Assembly: GCA_030141605.1 (NCBI GenBank)
Contig: JAQGDQ010001052.1
Coordinates: 1-64,000, forward strand
Source: Tubiluchus corallicola
Taxonomy: Eukaryota > Animalia > Priapulida
Length of the DNA stretch: 64,000 bases
Direction of reading: 5' to 3'
Shown here: piece after piece, positions 26,001 through 38,750 of the stretch
How positions within the stretch are numbered: the first letter of the stretch is position 1
How the letters are laid out: every line of letters starts with the position of its first letter
The notes under the pieces: model-generated
The model's input: the letters and a program-made list of their open reading frames with translations, nothing else
What the model was told of the DNA's origin: nothing
The model's database searches: none
Made by a program: the position numbers and the translations under genes

Positions 26001-29000
26001 CCTAAAACAAGTAAAGATGGCAGATTTTTAAAGGACAAGAAACATTCGATGACCTAAAACAAGTAAAGATGGCAGATTTTTAAAGGACAAGAATATCCTT
26101 TGTTTGTATAAAGCTAAAAATATATTTCTACATGATGTGATATTGCACTCAGAGCTTGTGTTTGTAGTAACGCTGTATAAAACTTGAAATTTGAACCCCT
26201 CCTATAACAGTTAGGTACATACATCTTTCAAACTGGTATGTGTACTGCTAAGTAATATAACTTTACATAGAAAGCTTTTTTGATACATGCTTTAAAATTT
26301 TCCTTTTTCCCCTATAACGATGTCATTTTTGTCCTTCCAACAGAATAAGTCCAATTTGAAGCACTTTACTTTAATCTGCTGTCTGAATGGAATAATTGAA
26401 GCCATAAAAGTTATTTGTTTGCTGATTTTGCTACATTTTTCTATAATCTGCTTTTCTATTTTCTATAAAACAGTAATAGTAGTTAGCGCACGCTATACAC
26501 TCACATCTTGGTTTGCCGGACCTTGCTTTTACGGATTGGAAAAATCGGACAAAATCTGGACTGTTAAAATGTCGCGCATACTATAGACACAGTCCGTTGT
26601 TTTGCGAGCTTACCGCTAGTTGGCAGGCCGTCACTTTGTTTACATGAGTGTAACCAAGCAGCGTGTAACGATACGTGTGTAGCTTGTATGTCAGGAACGG
26701 CCCATACTAGACATTTCTGAGACAATTAGGCGATTGATAGTACATTACCGTGAGTCTAATACCCGGCGCCTACTGTATGAGCTCAGTATCAGTAAATACA
26801 GACAATCAGCAAATTCAGACCGACGTCTCCCAGTCCAGCAACTCGAGATGTGAGTGTATTTACCATGATTAAAAAAACAGAAATGATTGAAATCCTACGT
26901 TCTGACCCATTGCACTTTTTTAAGCGTCACCCTAACCACACATATTTTTGTTTGTCCTAGTTAGATTGTGTGAACATTGATTTTGTTTAACTCTTGGCAA
27001 TTCTCAAACAAGACTTGATTCTAGTGTTTTTAATGCAATATTCTAGTTTAACTTCTAAAACGACTGTATTCGTTCATGCATTTTCGTAAACAATGGTTGA
27101 ACAAATTGGTTTCGTTATCACCTAAACGCACGTGACTACTTTCTTAACTAATTTGTGCAATTAACGGTTTTATGCATTTTGTTTAGTGTTGAATTCACGA
27201 AACTACAAAGCAGTTGGTGCCGATCTTTGCAATTTGAAAGAACTACAAGCAGCTTTGTCTGAGGCCGGATTGAACGAGCAACATCCTACTTTGTTCCTGT
27301 CTGAATGTGTTTTGACTTACGTAGATGTTCCAAGGTAAGAGCTGTATTCGTTCTCTTCCCAGCATGCAATGGGGTATTTCTATTCAGACACACAGCTCAC
27401 CATGTGTTCAGGTTCTCTCGGGTGTAATAAATGAATGCTTGTTGTTAACATAGCAGTGCAGTTAGTTAAAATGTACCAATGGTTGTTTTTATTTTTGAAT
27501 ATAAATGATTACAGTTTCTTCACTGCCGCAGAAGCTTAACAATTGGGTACCCGGGTATAAGGAGAAGGGTACCAGTCTAATTTTTGTTACCTGTGTGTAA
27601 CTGCAATATGCATAACGACACTTATTTATTGGAAGGTGCTGCCCTCTACGAGCAGTGTGGAGAGGAAAGGATAGGAGGAGAACAATGATGGTTGCGCTCT
27701 TATTTACAGCAATGTTTTTTTATCGTTGTTGTGTTATAGTTAATAACAGCGTTTAGTTATTGCCAAATTTGTACCTTGAGAAATTTTATATCTTGACGAA
27801 GAGCCAACGATGTAAGTTACATGAATTTAAATAATTTAATTAAGTTTATGAATTTGATCTCTGAAATTTGAGAAAGTACTTTTACCAATAAGTTGACTTC
27901 TTCTTAATTATTAAGCTTCTGTTTTCATTCTCTTTATTTTTCCTACTTGTTAATGTTCTCTTTATTATTCTCTTTAGAATAAACGACTTTGGAACTTGAA
28001 TGAAATAGTGAAGGCTTTCTGTACGTAACACTGTGTAAACACTATTTACCCCTGATCATTTGTACTAAATTGATAAAAAGGAGTAGGGTACCAGTCTAAT
28101 TTCTGTTACCTTGATAAATGTTTCTATTTGTAGGTCATCTGCAGTAATTAGATGGACGGGTAAGCAGTTTCCGACGTCTGTTTTCATCACCTACGAACAA
28201 GTCTACCCTAATGATGGTTTTGGTCTATGCATGAGGCAGCATTTCGTAACCATAGCTTCTGAGCTAAAGGGTATTGAAACGTTTCCAACTCCTGCTGCAC
28301 ATGAACAAAGATACTTATCTTTAGTACGTCTTATTATTTTATTAGAATTATTCCTACTCCACGTATCATTTCTTTAGATATTTTGATTTTTTGGTTTGTT
28401 TATGCCCTCTATTTTACTGGCAAGACATTTTGCGTGAAAGCTAAGAATATTAGTTATAAATAAATCATGTATTGTGTCACTTTTGCACCTTGTAACTTTG
28501 TGTTGCAGTAGTAACTTAATTGTTTCTGCATTAGTGAGAATTACATTGTGTCGTTTTATGCTGTTTACACATTGCAATAACTAAATAGTTTTACTACAAG
28601 TCGTAGGATTATGCATGTACATTCGTATCTCGGTTTGCCGGACAGAAGTGGGGAGACGTCAGTCCGAATTTGCCGATTGTTTGTATTTACCATTACTAAG
28701 CTCATGCAGTAGCTACCGTGTATTAGACTCACGATAATGTAGAATCCATCGCCTAATTGTCTCAAAAATGTCTAGTACGGGTCTCTCATATGCAAACATG
28801 CAAAAGTGTATAAAAACTGTCAGCAATTGACTCAAATAACTCTGCTAATTAAAATCACTTAAACAAGCTGACATACAAGCTACACACGTGTCGTTACACG
28901 CTGCTTGGTTACACTGATGTAATGATGTAAACAAAGTGATGACCCGCCAACTAGCGATAAGCTCGCGAAATATCGGACTGTGTCCGTAGTATGCAGGACT

Positions 29001-32000
29001 TTTTAATGGTCCAGATTTCATCCGGTTTTTCCGCTGTCCATAAAAGCGAGGTCCGGCAAACCAAGTTATGAGTGTATTGGAAACATTCGTTACTTTGTTG
29101 TTACTAAACTACTTTATTTCTGTCTTCAGGGCTGGCAGGAATGTAGAACAGCCAATATGTGCTCATACTACAACTCATTAGCTGCAGCAGAGAGATGCAG
29201 AATTGAAAATTTAGAACCGTTTGACGAATATGAAGAATGGCACCTTAAGTGCAGTCATTACGTCGTGACGGTAGCGGCAAACGGAAACGGCTGTTCGTTG
29301 CTTCATGTAAGTTCTGGTAAGAAAGTGATCAGTTATCATGAGTTTTGGTTTGTTCGTTGCTTCATGTAAGTTCTGGTAAGAAAGTGATCAGTTATCACAA
29401 GTTTTGGTTTGTTCGTTGCTGAATGTAAGTTCTGGTAAGAAAGTGATCAGTTATCATGAGTTTTGGTTTGTTCGTTGCTGCATGTAAGTTCTGGTAAGAA
29501 AGTGATCAGTTATCATGAGTTTTGGTTTGTTCGTTGCTGCATGTAAGTTCTGGTAAGAAAGTGATCAGTTATCACGAGTTTTGGTTTGTTCGTTGCTTCA
29601 TGTAAGTTCTGGTAAGAAAGTGATCAGTTATCATGAGTTTTGGTTTGTTCGTTGCTGAATGTAAGTTCTGGTAAGAAAGTGATCAGTTATCATGAGTTTT
29701 GGTTTGTTCGTTGCTTCATGTAAGTTCTGGTAAGAAAGTGATCAGTTATCACGAGTTTTGGTTTGTTCGTTGCTTCATGTAAGTTCTGGTAAGAAAGTGA
29801 TCAGTTATCATGAGTTTTGGTTTGTTCGTTGCTTCATGTAAGTTCTGGTAAGAAAGTGATCAGTTATCATGAGTTTTGGTTTGTTCGTTGCTGCATGTAA
29901 GTTCTGGTAAGAAAGTGATCAGTTATCATGAGTTTTGGTTTGTTACTAACTGAAGTTGTAGCTTAAGCGACATTTCTTCTGCTGTCTTGATTCTTCCTTT
30001 TGTTTCTCTTCTTTTTGTTCTTGTTCTTGTGATTGTTCTACTTGCCGTTCTGGTGATTTATTTACGATACATTTCAATGGATTTCAGTTCGTGTTTTAAA
30101 CCTTTTTTGGAAGCCTTTCCTAGATGCTTTCTTCGCAATATTAATTTACTAAATGTTTTTTTAATAAATAAACTTTTTATGTCAGAATAATAGGTGTGCG
30201 GTAAAAATGGCACAGGTAAAAATGACACCAAAAAATACACAAATGGAAAAGTAAGGAAAAATATGTGTCACGTATATTATTTTGATGCAAGTGATTTCTA
30301 TAATAAAACTAGAATGTGCTCTATAGATCTCTGCCAAAGCTATACAGTTTTAAACTTATTCTTCTGATTCTTTTGATAAAAAAATTAACACACACACATA
30401 TATATAAACAAGCAAACATACAAGAATGTATCTGTATTGGTATTATATAGACTAGCAAAATATTTGTTCATTAAATAGATTTATAATCAATAATGCGTAA
30501 ATATTCCACGTAGTGTTTAAAATATCTATCTTTTTCATCATTGATTTCCGCCATGGTAATAGACTGACAGATACATACATACCAAGTTAACTTATAAGGC
30601 TATACAAATTATTAAGCAAAGGTTATAGACTGTGCCATTTTTACCGTGGCAGTTTTTTCCTGTGCTCTTTTTACCTGTGCCATTTTTACCTACATTTGTC
30701 AGAATGGATTTTTTTTCTGATATTAACGCTTTTATTGTTGCATAAATTCATCATATCGTCTCTTTCATGTATGTTTTTCTGTACTGCACTGGTATGTTAA
30801 TTGTGTAAGTTTTGCGCTATCTAAATGTTTGCAATTATGGCTAGTTTTATGCTCTATAATTATTTCATGTATATTATTTCAGGAAATTCCTCAAACTACT
30901 CTACTAAATTATGAGCCATACACAGAGAATAAACTCCAGAGGTGGCAGTTACGTAGTCATTCGGAATTTCAAGCAAAAATGTTTGGCCACTGCAGCGTAG
31001 AGATTGATGGGGTAGCATTCGTTGTGGGTGGCTTTGGAACTGTGGGGTCTGATAGTGAAAAACACCAGAGATTATCTAATGTATTGGCAGTGGAAATGCA
31101 AAGTGGTTCTTGGACCAACTTGAGTCCTCCAGTAAGGGAATGTGGTATGAAAATCAACTGTTCTATAGTTAAAGTCCCGTCTAGACTATCATGCACGCAG
31201 GATGATATGTTGCGCATGCGAGTGAATGACACTCAAAAGCGAGGATGTTGACCTGCCCGAATGACGGCTTTCCATGATACCAGTGAAATTCAATGTGCAC
31301 ATGTGTTCCCGATAACTTTTTCCCAGTTAAGATTTGCCCAATCAGAGGCCCAAACTTTGTCACATGACTATTAATGTTGTTGTAGAGTTCTGTTTTCAAT
31401 TTGGATAACCGATTAGTCTAAACGCAGGATTCATATAATAATAACAATAATAATAATAATCTTTATTTAAAGTCGGCTTTTGGGTCAACAATTAACATTA
31501 GCTCAAAGAGCTATCATCGCCGACTGTAAATAACAACCTACATCTACATAACAGAGACTATTATTACCCCACTTTTTACCCTAAATACCACACGTCAGGC
31601 AGGGCAACAGCAGGTACCATTTTTGAAGTTTTTGGTATGACCCGGCCGCTGGTTCGAACTCACGACCTCCCAGACGGAAAGCAGATGCGTTATCACTAGA
31701 CTAAACCGTCTGGTCAAATCATCAGGAATGCAAGATATGCAAGAATGATAACTTTGAGTGTCACTGACTCACAGTTTTAACACGTGGTAGTCTAGACTAG
31801 GAATTATTTAAGAATTCTGAAACAACGTCGCCGTAGAAAACAAAACTAGTAAACTGAAGTTTTGTGCTTGAACGTTTGAAAATGAAGTTTCGTTCAAAGT
31901 GTTTTTGTGTTTTATTTTCCAGAATTTGCCACGCTTACAAAGTTGTGTGAAAACTTAATACTTCTGGGTGGACGAACGTCTCCGCTTAAACCTCTTGTCA

Positions 32001-35000
32001 CTGTGACATCTCTGCAAGCTCAGCAACTTTTATCTGACTATGCTGTGAAAAGATTTTGCAGTGTTGCCTGCGAGAAATCCTCCTCGCGTTTTACTCGTGA
32101 TAGGACGCAAAGTAAAAACGTTGAAGTTGAAAATCCATGTAAAAATCATCAAAAAGATAACGGATGCGCGGTTTCCATGGTAACTTGTGACTTTTATCCC
32201 AGGTGGCGACACACGGCGACTGCCGTTTCTTACGACGGCGAGCCGTGCTTGTTCGTTTACGGTGGAAGAAGTATAAACAAAGGACACCATGACGGCGAAA
32301 AATGGAATTTTCCCTTGGAAAAAAGGGATAGAAAATATTTAGTGTTAGAAGATAGTTTACTGGCAAGAGTTGTTGCAAATAAAGTCAAGTGGACAAAGGT
32401 CAGTTTAATTGAAAGCCTCTTTCTGTTGACTTTGAATGGATTTAGCTATTATTAGGTGGCGAATAAACTTAACTGCCTAATGGTTAATCCACTTCTAGTC
32501 AGTTCATACTTTAACCCTTTCACTACGGCAGGTGATAAATGCTGCTTGTTTTTCATGCATGGGTCGGAAGATGGTAGACTGCCACCCAAACTCAGCACTA
32601 AGCGCAGACATCCAGGTCTGTTTATTTCACTGCTAAGGCCATGCAAAACATTGTAGAAATGTTTAACAGCCGTGGGATTGGGGTTGCTTTGCACCAAGTA
32701 ATGCTAACTGGCCAATCAGCATCTGAAGCCAGGTGCATTCCACAATACTGTACTGTATGGTATGTTCCCATACAAAATAATTTGTGCATTGTTGATGAAA
32801 CGCATGTTTAGTTGATTGTTCTGCATTCTTATAAAATGATTGAATATTATGGATTAGTATTGTCTTTTGTGAAAACTGGTTTCTAAATATAAGTAAGTAC
32901 ATGCTTATTTATGAGGGTGTGCACGTGTGTGTGTGCGTGCGTGTGTGCATGCGTGTGTGTGTGCACATGTGCGTGCATGTATGTGTGCTCGTATGTGTGT
33001 GCATTGTGGAGAAATAAAGCTAATATTTAATATTAGTACTCAATAACAAACAACTATTTGTTTATTTACAAGGTTTGTTTGCGTAACACACCACAAGAAG
33101 TTATTGACAAATGTACAAAAGTCAATGTGGCCCAATTAAAAAGCAACTGTGTAGTGAAACTGTTAATGTATTCACTTTGGATAGCTCATTTTAAACACGT
33201 TTCTATACTGTTTACTTTAGTTTATCGCAGTTGGAGAAAGTCCGGGACCAAGATTCAGTCATACGTGTTCTCATTGGAATGATAAACTTGTGCTGGCATG
33301 TGGACTCAATGAACATTATCAGCCTCTTGGTTCCGTATTCATTTTAGATTTGTCTAGGAAAGAATGGCGTGAACTCAAAGTTTTTCCGAAGTTGAGACCC
33401 AGGTCAGTAAACTGTTTTTACAGGTAGAATTAATGGTGATAGTAATTAGTGCAAGGTGCAAAACTGAATAATTGCTGTGTGTGCTTAGAGACACAAGTTA
33501 AGCAATGCTAAATCTGTTGAATAAACTGCAGTAGTTGTGTATGTTCTGAGTAGTTTTGTCTGCCACGCTGCCTCTGGTTGGAGGATATTTATGCTGTCCG
33601 AATGTTGCTCAGTCGAGACCGATGCTCGTGTAGTGTTTCTTAGGGTTTTTATTCATGATAATCAAATACATCCTGGTCCTTCCACAACTATCTATATTGA
33701 CTATTTTTGATTGCTGGATAAATAAATAACATGTGGTATTGGGAATGTGCTGGTTTGAGTGCTTCGTTGTGAATGATTTTTCAGTCATGCCGTTATAATA
33801 ATGTTATTTTCTTCATGTTAGGAGCAGTGCAGTCCCTTCACAGAACTAATCTGGCCCCGTTAGTCGTTAAAATAAAGCGATTTTGTCTCTAAGAACTCGA
33901 GAGTTTAGGGGATTTTATCTGCCGACATCAGTAGGATTAAAAATCATTTTAGTGGGGGTGCTTGTTTAGAAAATTGTTGACCATTGTTTTAATATTGCAT
34001 AAAACGAAACAAACATATAAAAGGAAAATTTAGTTATAAAGAAACACTAACTCACACTTGCACAACAGGGTCGGCACTGCATGAGCGACAGTGCTTTTTC
34101 TACCTAGCATGCAGCTTATCTCAGACAAGTGCACATGGACGCATGCACACAACAGCCAAACACTGTGTCGCTGGAACTGTGAAACGCGCAGTTTCGTACA
34201 AGAATTTTTGTGAATTTTTTCATGAACTAATGGCTACTGACATTAAACTTAAAGATTATATAATGTACGACTATAAAGAAAGAATTAAAGAAAAAGACTC
34301 GTATTGAATGTCATTTATCGCATCAAGTGAAAATAGGGGGTGCTGCAGTACCGCAGTACCTATACACGAGCCACCGCTGGCATTGTCATGTAGTTTTGTT
34401 TTTAAGGTTTTATGTGTAGCCTATCTATTATTCAATTTTTGTAGGTACGAGACTATAACTAACTGGGTAGTATTCATTTTAATGAAAGTTTGTATTTTTA
34501 TGCAACATTTTTTTTACATTTAGGTATTCACACACTGCACACGTTGTACATGGATGTTTAATATTAGTCGGTGGAGTTAGTACAGACTGTGAGCATGCTC
34601 CCGGTGTAGCAATAATAAATCTAGATACCGGTCGTCATCAGGAATTCAAACTGCCTGTGAGTACGAAACAAAAAATCTGTCGCTTTTTCACTGTTAATTT
34701 TGCCACTAAATCTGGATCGTTCGGGGACTTTAGGGTTTTTAGGGTTGCATTGTTGGAACCCATTTTGCAAATTTTTCACGTTGAAAGAAAAGCTAACCCT
34801 GCATTGTTGGAACCCATTTTGCAAGTTTTTCACGTTAAAAGAAAAGTTCACCGTGCATTGTTGGAACCCATTTTGCAAGTTTTTCACGTTAAAAGAAAAG
34901 CTAACCATGCATTGTTAGAACCCATTTTGCAAGTTTTTCACGTTAAAAGGAAAGTTAGCCATGCATTGTTGGAACCCATTTTGCAAGTTTTTCACGTTAA

Positions 35001-36665
35001 AAGGAAAGTTAGCCATGCATTGTTGGAACCCATTTTGCAAGTTTTTCACGTTAAAAGGAAAGTTAGCCATGCATTGTTGGAACCCATTTTGCAAGTTTTT
35101 CACGTTAAAAGAAAAGCTAACCATGCATTGTTGGAACCCAGTTTGCAAGTTTTTCACGTTAAAAGGAAAGTTAGCCGTGCATTGTTGGAACCCATTTTGC
35201 AAGTTTTTCACGTTAAAAGGAAAGTTAGCCATGCATTGTTGGAACCCATTTTGCAAGTTTTTCACGTTAAAAGAAAAGCTAACCATGCATTGTTGGAACC
35301 CATTTTGCAAGTTTTTCACGTTAAAAGGAAAGTTAGCCGTGCATTGTTGGAACCCATTTTGCAAGTTTTTCACGTTAAAAGGAAAGTTAGCCGTGCATTG
35401 TTGGAACCCATTTTGCAAGTTTTTCACGTTAAAAGAAAAGCTAACCCTGCATTGTTGGAACCCATTTTGCAAGCTTTTCACGTTAAAAGAAAAGTTAACC
35501 GTGCATTGTTGGAACCCATTTTGCAAGTTTTTCACGTTAAAAGGAAAGTTAGCCGTGCATTGTTGGAACCCATTTTGCAAGTTTTTCACGTTAAAAGGAA
35601 AGTTAGCCGTGCATTGTTGGAACCCATTTTGCAAGTTTTTCACGTTAAAAGGAAAGTTAGCCGTGCATTGTTGGAACCCATTTTGCAAGTTTTTCACGTT
35701 AAAAGAAAAGTTAACCGTGCATTGTTGGAACCCATTTTGCAAGTTTTCCACGTTAAAAGAAAAGTTAACCGTGCATTGTTGGAACCCATTTTGCAAGTTT
35801 TTCACGTTAAAAGAAAAGTTAACCATGCATTGTTGGAACCCATTTTGCAAGCTTTTCACGTTAAAAGAAAAGTTAACCATTCTGTAAAGTTAGAAATGTG
35901 CAGGAAAAATGTTAGAAGTATTTAGTAATAGAACTGTGGTAAGCATCTTTCGTGATTAGTGAAATAACTTTAAACTCATGATCATTTCACGCTTGGATGC
36001 TTCCGATTTGAATGTCATTCATCGGTTGAAAAAAGGCAGCACACTATTAATTTCCGTCAAATGTATAAGTTTCTCCTAGAAATTAAATAACTAATCTTGT
36101 GGTATTTTTGGATGAGCATTAAGTAGGCTGCAAAAGTGTGAATTAGCTTTACGCTTTACAAACTGTTTTTTGCAAGTTTTTTTGTTATATTTTTCTAAGT
36201 TTGAGTGATAATAGTAAAATAAACCAACATGTTTAGTGACTTGTCCTTTGCTTTAAGCCTCCATTGCCTGTTTATTATAAGTTGCAGTTGAGCTTGTATG
36301 CAAAATAAGAGTGGCCTGTAGTAGATACTGTATAACATTGATCATTTTTATTGAATCACTTAAGAAGCATGAGTCACAACAAATCAAATTCTCCCGCACA
36401 CGAGTGTTCAGTGGATAAGAATTCTGTTTCGCTTGCTGGTTGCTTTTCTCGTGTGTGAAAACAACTGCAATATTTTCATCTTTGTTTTCAGGAGCAAGAA
36501 GATTCACATCCAGTCTTGCTCCACGGACACACTTCTCATCTCCATAGCGACGGGAAGCTGATTGTCGTAGGCGGTGGTGGCAACTGTTTCTCATTCGGCA
36601 CACATTTGAACTCATCCCCGTTGCTGATGGATTTACGTCCTTGCTTTCAGTCAGTCGAACTTTGA
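23021..36665 (+). CDS. LCMT2: tRNA wybutosine-synthesizing protein 4 / leucine carboxyl methyltransferase 2. Exons: 23021-23145, 24260-24537, 27187-27334, 28134-28323, 29130-29306, 30883-31144, 31923-32398, 33221-33402, 34524-34656, 36492-36665. The short start exon is not fixed; one candidate is ATGACAACACCA|gtaagt at 22304-22315
   Basis: LCM methyltransferase domain (IQGTNDSS..SK, RRTPLINRGYYVR, QIVSFGAGFD, FLSECVLTY, EPFDEYEEWHLKCSHY) followed by kelch-type repeats (GGRTSP, PRWRHTA, PRFSHT, PRYSHTAH) and C-terminal GGGGNCFSFGTHLN. GT-AG introns with consistent phases. Confidence 0.92.
23315..23540. mobile_element. Short TIR element with degenerate TTAGGG-like internal repeats; relatives at about 8900-9520 and 47270-48270
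   Basis: Ends AGTTTACAATTTTCCAC / GGAATTGTAAACT around (GGGTTAG/GGATTAG)n. Confidence 0.55.
24735..26093. repeat. 52-bp tandem array, about 26 copies
   Basis: Unit ACAAGAAACATTCGATGACCTAAAACAAGTAAAGATGACAGATTTTTAAAGG. Confidence 0.97.
26498..26856. mobile_element. TA-flanked (Tc1/mariner-like) MITE
   Basis: TA|CACTCACATCTTGG...CGAGATGTGAGTG|TA. Confidence 0.7.
28620..29074. mobile_element. TA-flanked MITE, same family as 26498-26856, inverted; a partial third copy at about 23810-23976
   Basis: TA|CATTCGTATCTCGGTTTGCCGGAC...GTCCGGCAAACCAAGTTATGAGTG|TA. Confidence 0.7.
29292..29943. repeat. 59-bp tandem array, 11 copies, overlapping an LCMT2 donor
   Basis: GTTCGTTGC recurs at 29293, 29352 and onward. 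Confidence 0.97.
31436..31715 (-). mobile_element. tRNA-derived SINE with (TTA)n-type tail
   Basis: On the minus strand: A-box-like TTTAGTCTAGTGA, B box GAGTTCGAACC, then GGTCATACCAAAAACTTCAAAAATGGTACC, AATAAA and a TTA-repeat tail. Confidence 0.75.
34746..35881. repeat. 54-bp tandem array, about 21 copies
   Basis: Unit TGCATTGTTGGAACCCATTTTGCAAGTTTTTCACGTTAAAAGGAAAGTTAGCCG; gives 18-aa repeat ORFs. Confidence 0.97.
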
Positions 36666-36688
36666 TTGAAAGTGCTGAGTCAATTTTC

Positions 36689-38570
36689 AGTGAGATGTTA
36701 GAGCTGAATTTGTCATCGTTGGTGACAACAGTGAGTGTGAGATGTTAGAGCTGAATTTTTCACTATTGGTGACAACAGTGAGTGTGAGGTGTTAGAGCTG
36801 AGTTTGTCACCATTGGTGACAATAGTGAGTGTGAGATGTTAGAGCTGAATTTGTCACCATTGGTCACAACAGCGAGTATGAGATGTTAGAGCTAAATTTG
36901 TCACCATTGGTCACAACAGTGAGTATGAGATGTTAAAGTTGAATTTCTCACCATTGGTGACAATAGTGAGTGTGAGGTGTTAGAGCTGAATTTGTCACCA
37001 TTGGTCACAACAGTGAGTGTGAGATGTTAGAGCTGAATTTGTCATCATTGGTCACAACAGTGAGTGTGAGATGTTAGAGCTGAATTTGTCACCATTGGTC
37101 ACAACAGTGAGTGTGAGATGTTAGAGCTGAATTTGTCACCATTGGTGACAACAGTGAGTGTGAGGTGTTAGAGCTGAATTTATCACCATTGGTGACTACA
37201 GTGAGTGTGAGATGTTAAAGCTGAATTTTTCACCATTGGTGACTACAGTGAGTGTGAGATGTTAGAGCTGAATTTGTCACCACTGGTGACAACAGTGAGT
37301 GTGAGATGTTAGAGCTGAATTTGTCACCATTGGTCACAACAGTGAGTGTGAGATGTTAGAGCTGAATTTGTCCCCATTGGTCACAACAGTGAGTGTGAGG
37401 TGTTAGAGCTGAATTTGTCACTATTGGTGACAATAGTGAGTGTGAGATGTTAGAGCTGAATTTGTCACCATTGGTGACAACAGTGAGTGTGAGATGTTAG
37501 AGCTGAATTTGTCACTATTGGTCACAACACTGAGTATGAGATGTTAGAGCTGAATTTGTCACTATTGGTGACAATAGTGAGTGTGAGATGTTAGAGCTGA
37601 ATTTGTCACCATTGGTGACAACAGTGAGTGTGAGGTGTTAGAGCTGAATTTGTCACCATTGGTGACAACAGTGAATGTGAGGTGTTAGAGCTGAATTTGT
37701 CACCATTGGTGACAACACTGAGTGTGAGGTGTTAGAGCTGAATTTGTCACTATTGGTGACAATAGTGAGTGTGAGATGTTAAAGCTGAATTTCTCACCAT
37801 TGGTGACAACACTGAGTGTGAGGTGTTAGAGCAGAATTTTTCACCATTTGTGACAATAGTGAGTGTGAGGTGTTAGAGCTGAATTTTTCACCATTGGTGA
37901 CAATAGTGAGTGTGAGATGTTAGAGCTGAATTTCTCACCATTGGTGACAATAGTGAGTGTGAGGTGTTAGAGCTGAATTTGTCACTATTGGTGACTACAG
38001 TGAGTGTGAGGTGTTAAAGCTGAATTTCTCACCATTGGTGACAATAGTGAGTGTGAGATGTTAAAGCTGAATTTGTCACCATTGGTCACAACAGTGAGCG
38101 TGAGATGTTAGAGCTGAATTTGTCACCATTGGTGACTACAGTGAGTGTGAGATGTTAGAGCTGAATTTGTCACCATTGGTGACTACAGTGAGTGTGAGAT
38201 GTTAGAGCTGAATTTGTCACCATTGGTGACTACAGTGAGCGTGAGATGTTAAAGCTGAATTTGTCACCATTGGCGACAACAGTGAGTGTGAGATGTTAGA
38301 ACTGAATTTCTCACCATTGGTGACAACAGTGAGTGTGAGGTGTTAGAGCTGAATTTGTCACCATTTGTGACAACGGTGTGTGTGAGGTGTTAGAGCAGAA
38401 TTTTTCACCATTGGTCACAACAGTGAGTGTGAGGTGTTAGAGCTGAATTTGTCACCATTTGTGACAACGGTGTGTGTGAGGTGTTAAAGCTGAATTTCTC
38501 ACCATTGGTGACAATAGTGAGTGTGAGGTGTTAGAGCTGAATTTCTCACCATTGGTGACAACAGCGAGTG
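36689..38570. repeat. 47-bp tandem array, about 40 copies, with an internal palindrome, starting about 25 nt after the LCMT2 stop
   Basis: Unit TGAGATGTTAGAGCTGAATTTGTCACCATTGGTGACAACAGTGAGTG. Confidence 0.97.
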
Positions 38571-38744
38571 TTGTGACCTATGTCTCATTAGCTCAATTAA
38601 ACTTTGGATATGTGAGTCATTAAACAGGAGCTATAGAAACACTGTTACCTTAAAATTACTACTCGAGCATTGAGTTGTCACTTAAAGCAAGTGTTCTTCT
38701 GGTGATAAACTAAATTTAAAGCTTTGGTCATTAATAAGATTTTT

Positions 38745-38750
38745 AATAAA
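38745..38750 (+). promoter_or_regulatory. First AATAAA after the LCMT2 stop codon (candidate polyA signal; a second at about 38769)
   Basis: No AATAAA seen between the stop at 36665 and this position. Confidence 0.4.

Noticed and set aside
32915-33003. (GT/GC)n microsatellite, and (ATT)n at about 45700
   Set aside because: Ordinary simple repeats with no added structure.
34657-35925. 422, 321 and 308-aa ORFs as independent genes
   Set aside because: They are produced by a stop-poor 54-bp repeat in several frames on both strands inside an intron. Kept only as an intron-retention hypothesis.
36689-38570. CRISPR-like array (regular palindromic repeats)
   Set aside because: Units are head-to-tail with no unique spacers, there are no cas genes, and the context is eukaryotic. 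The same applies to all other arrays.
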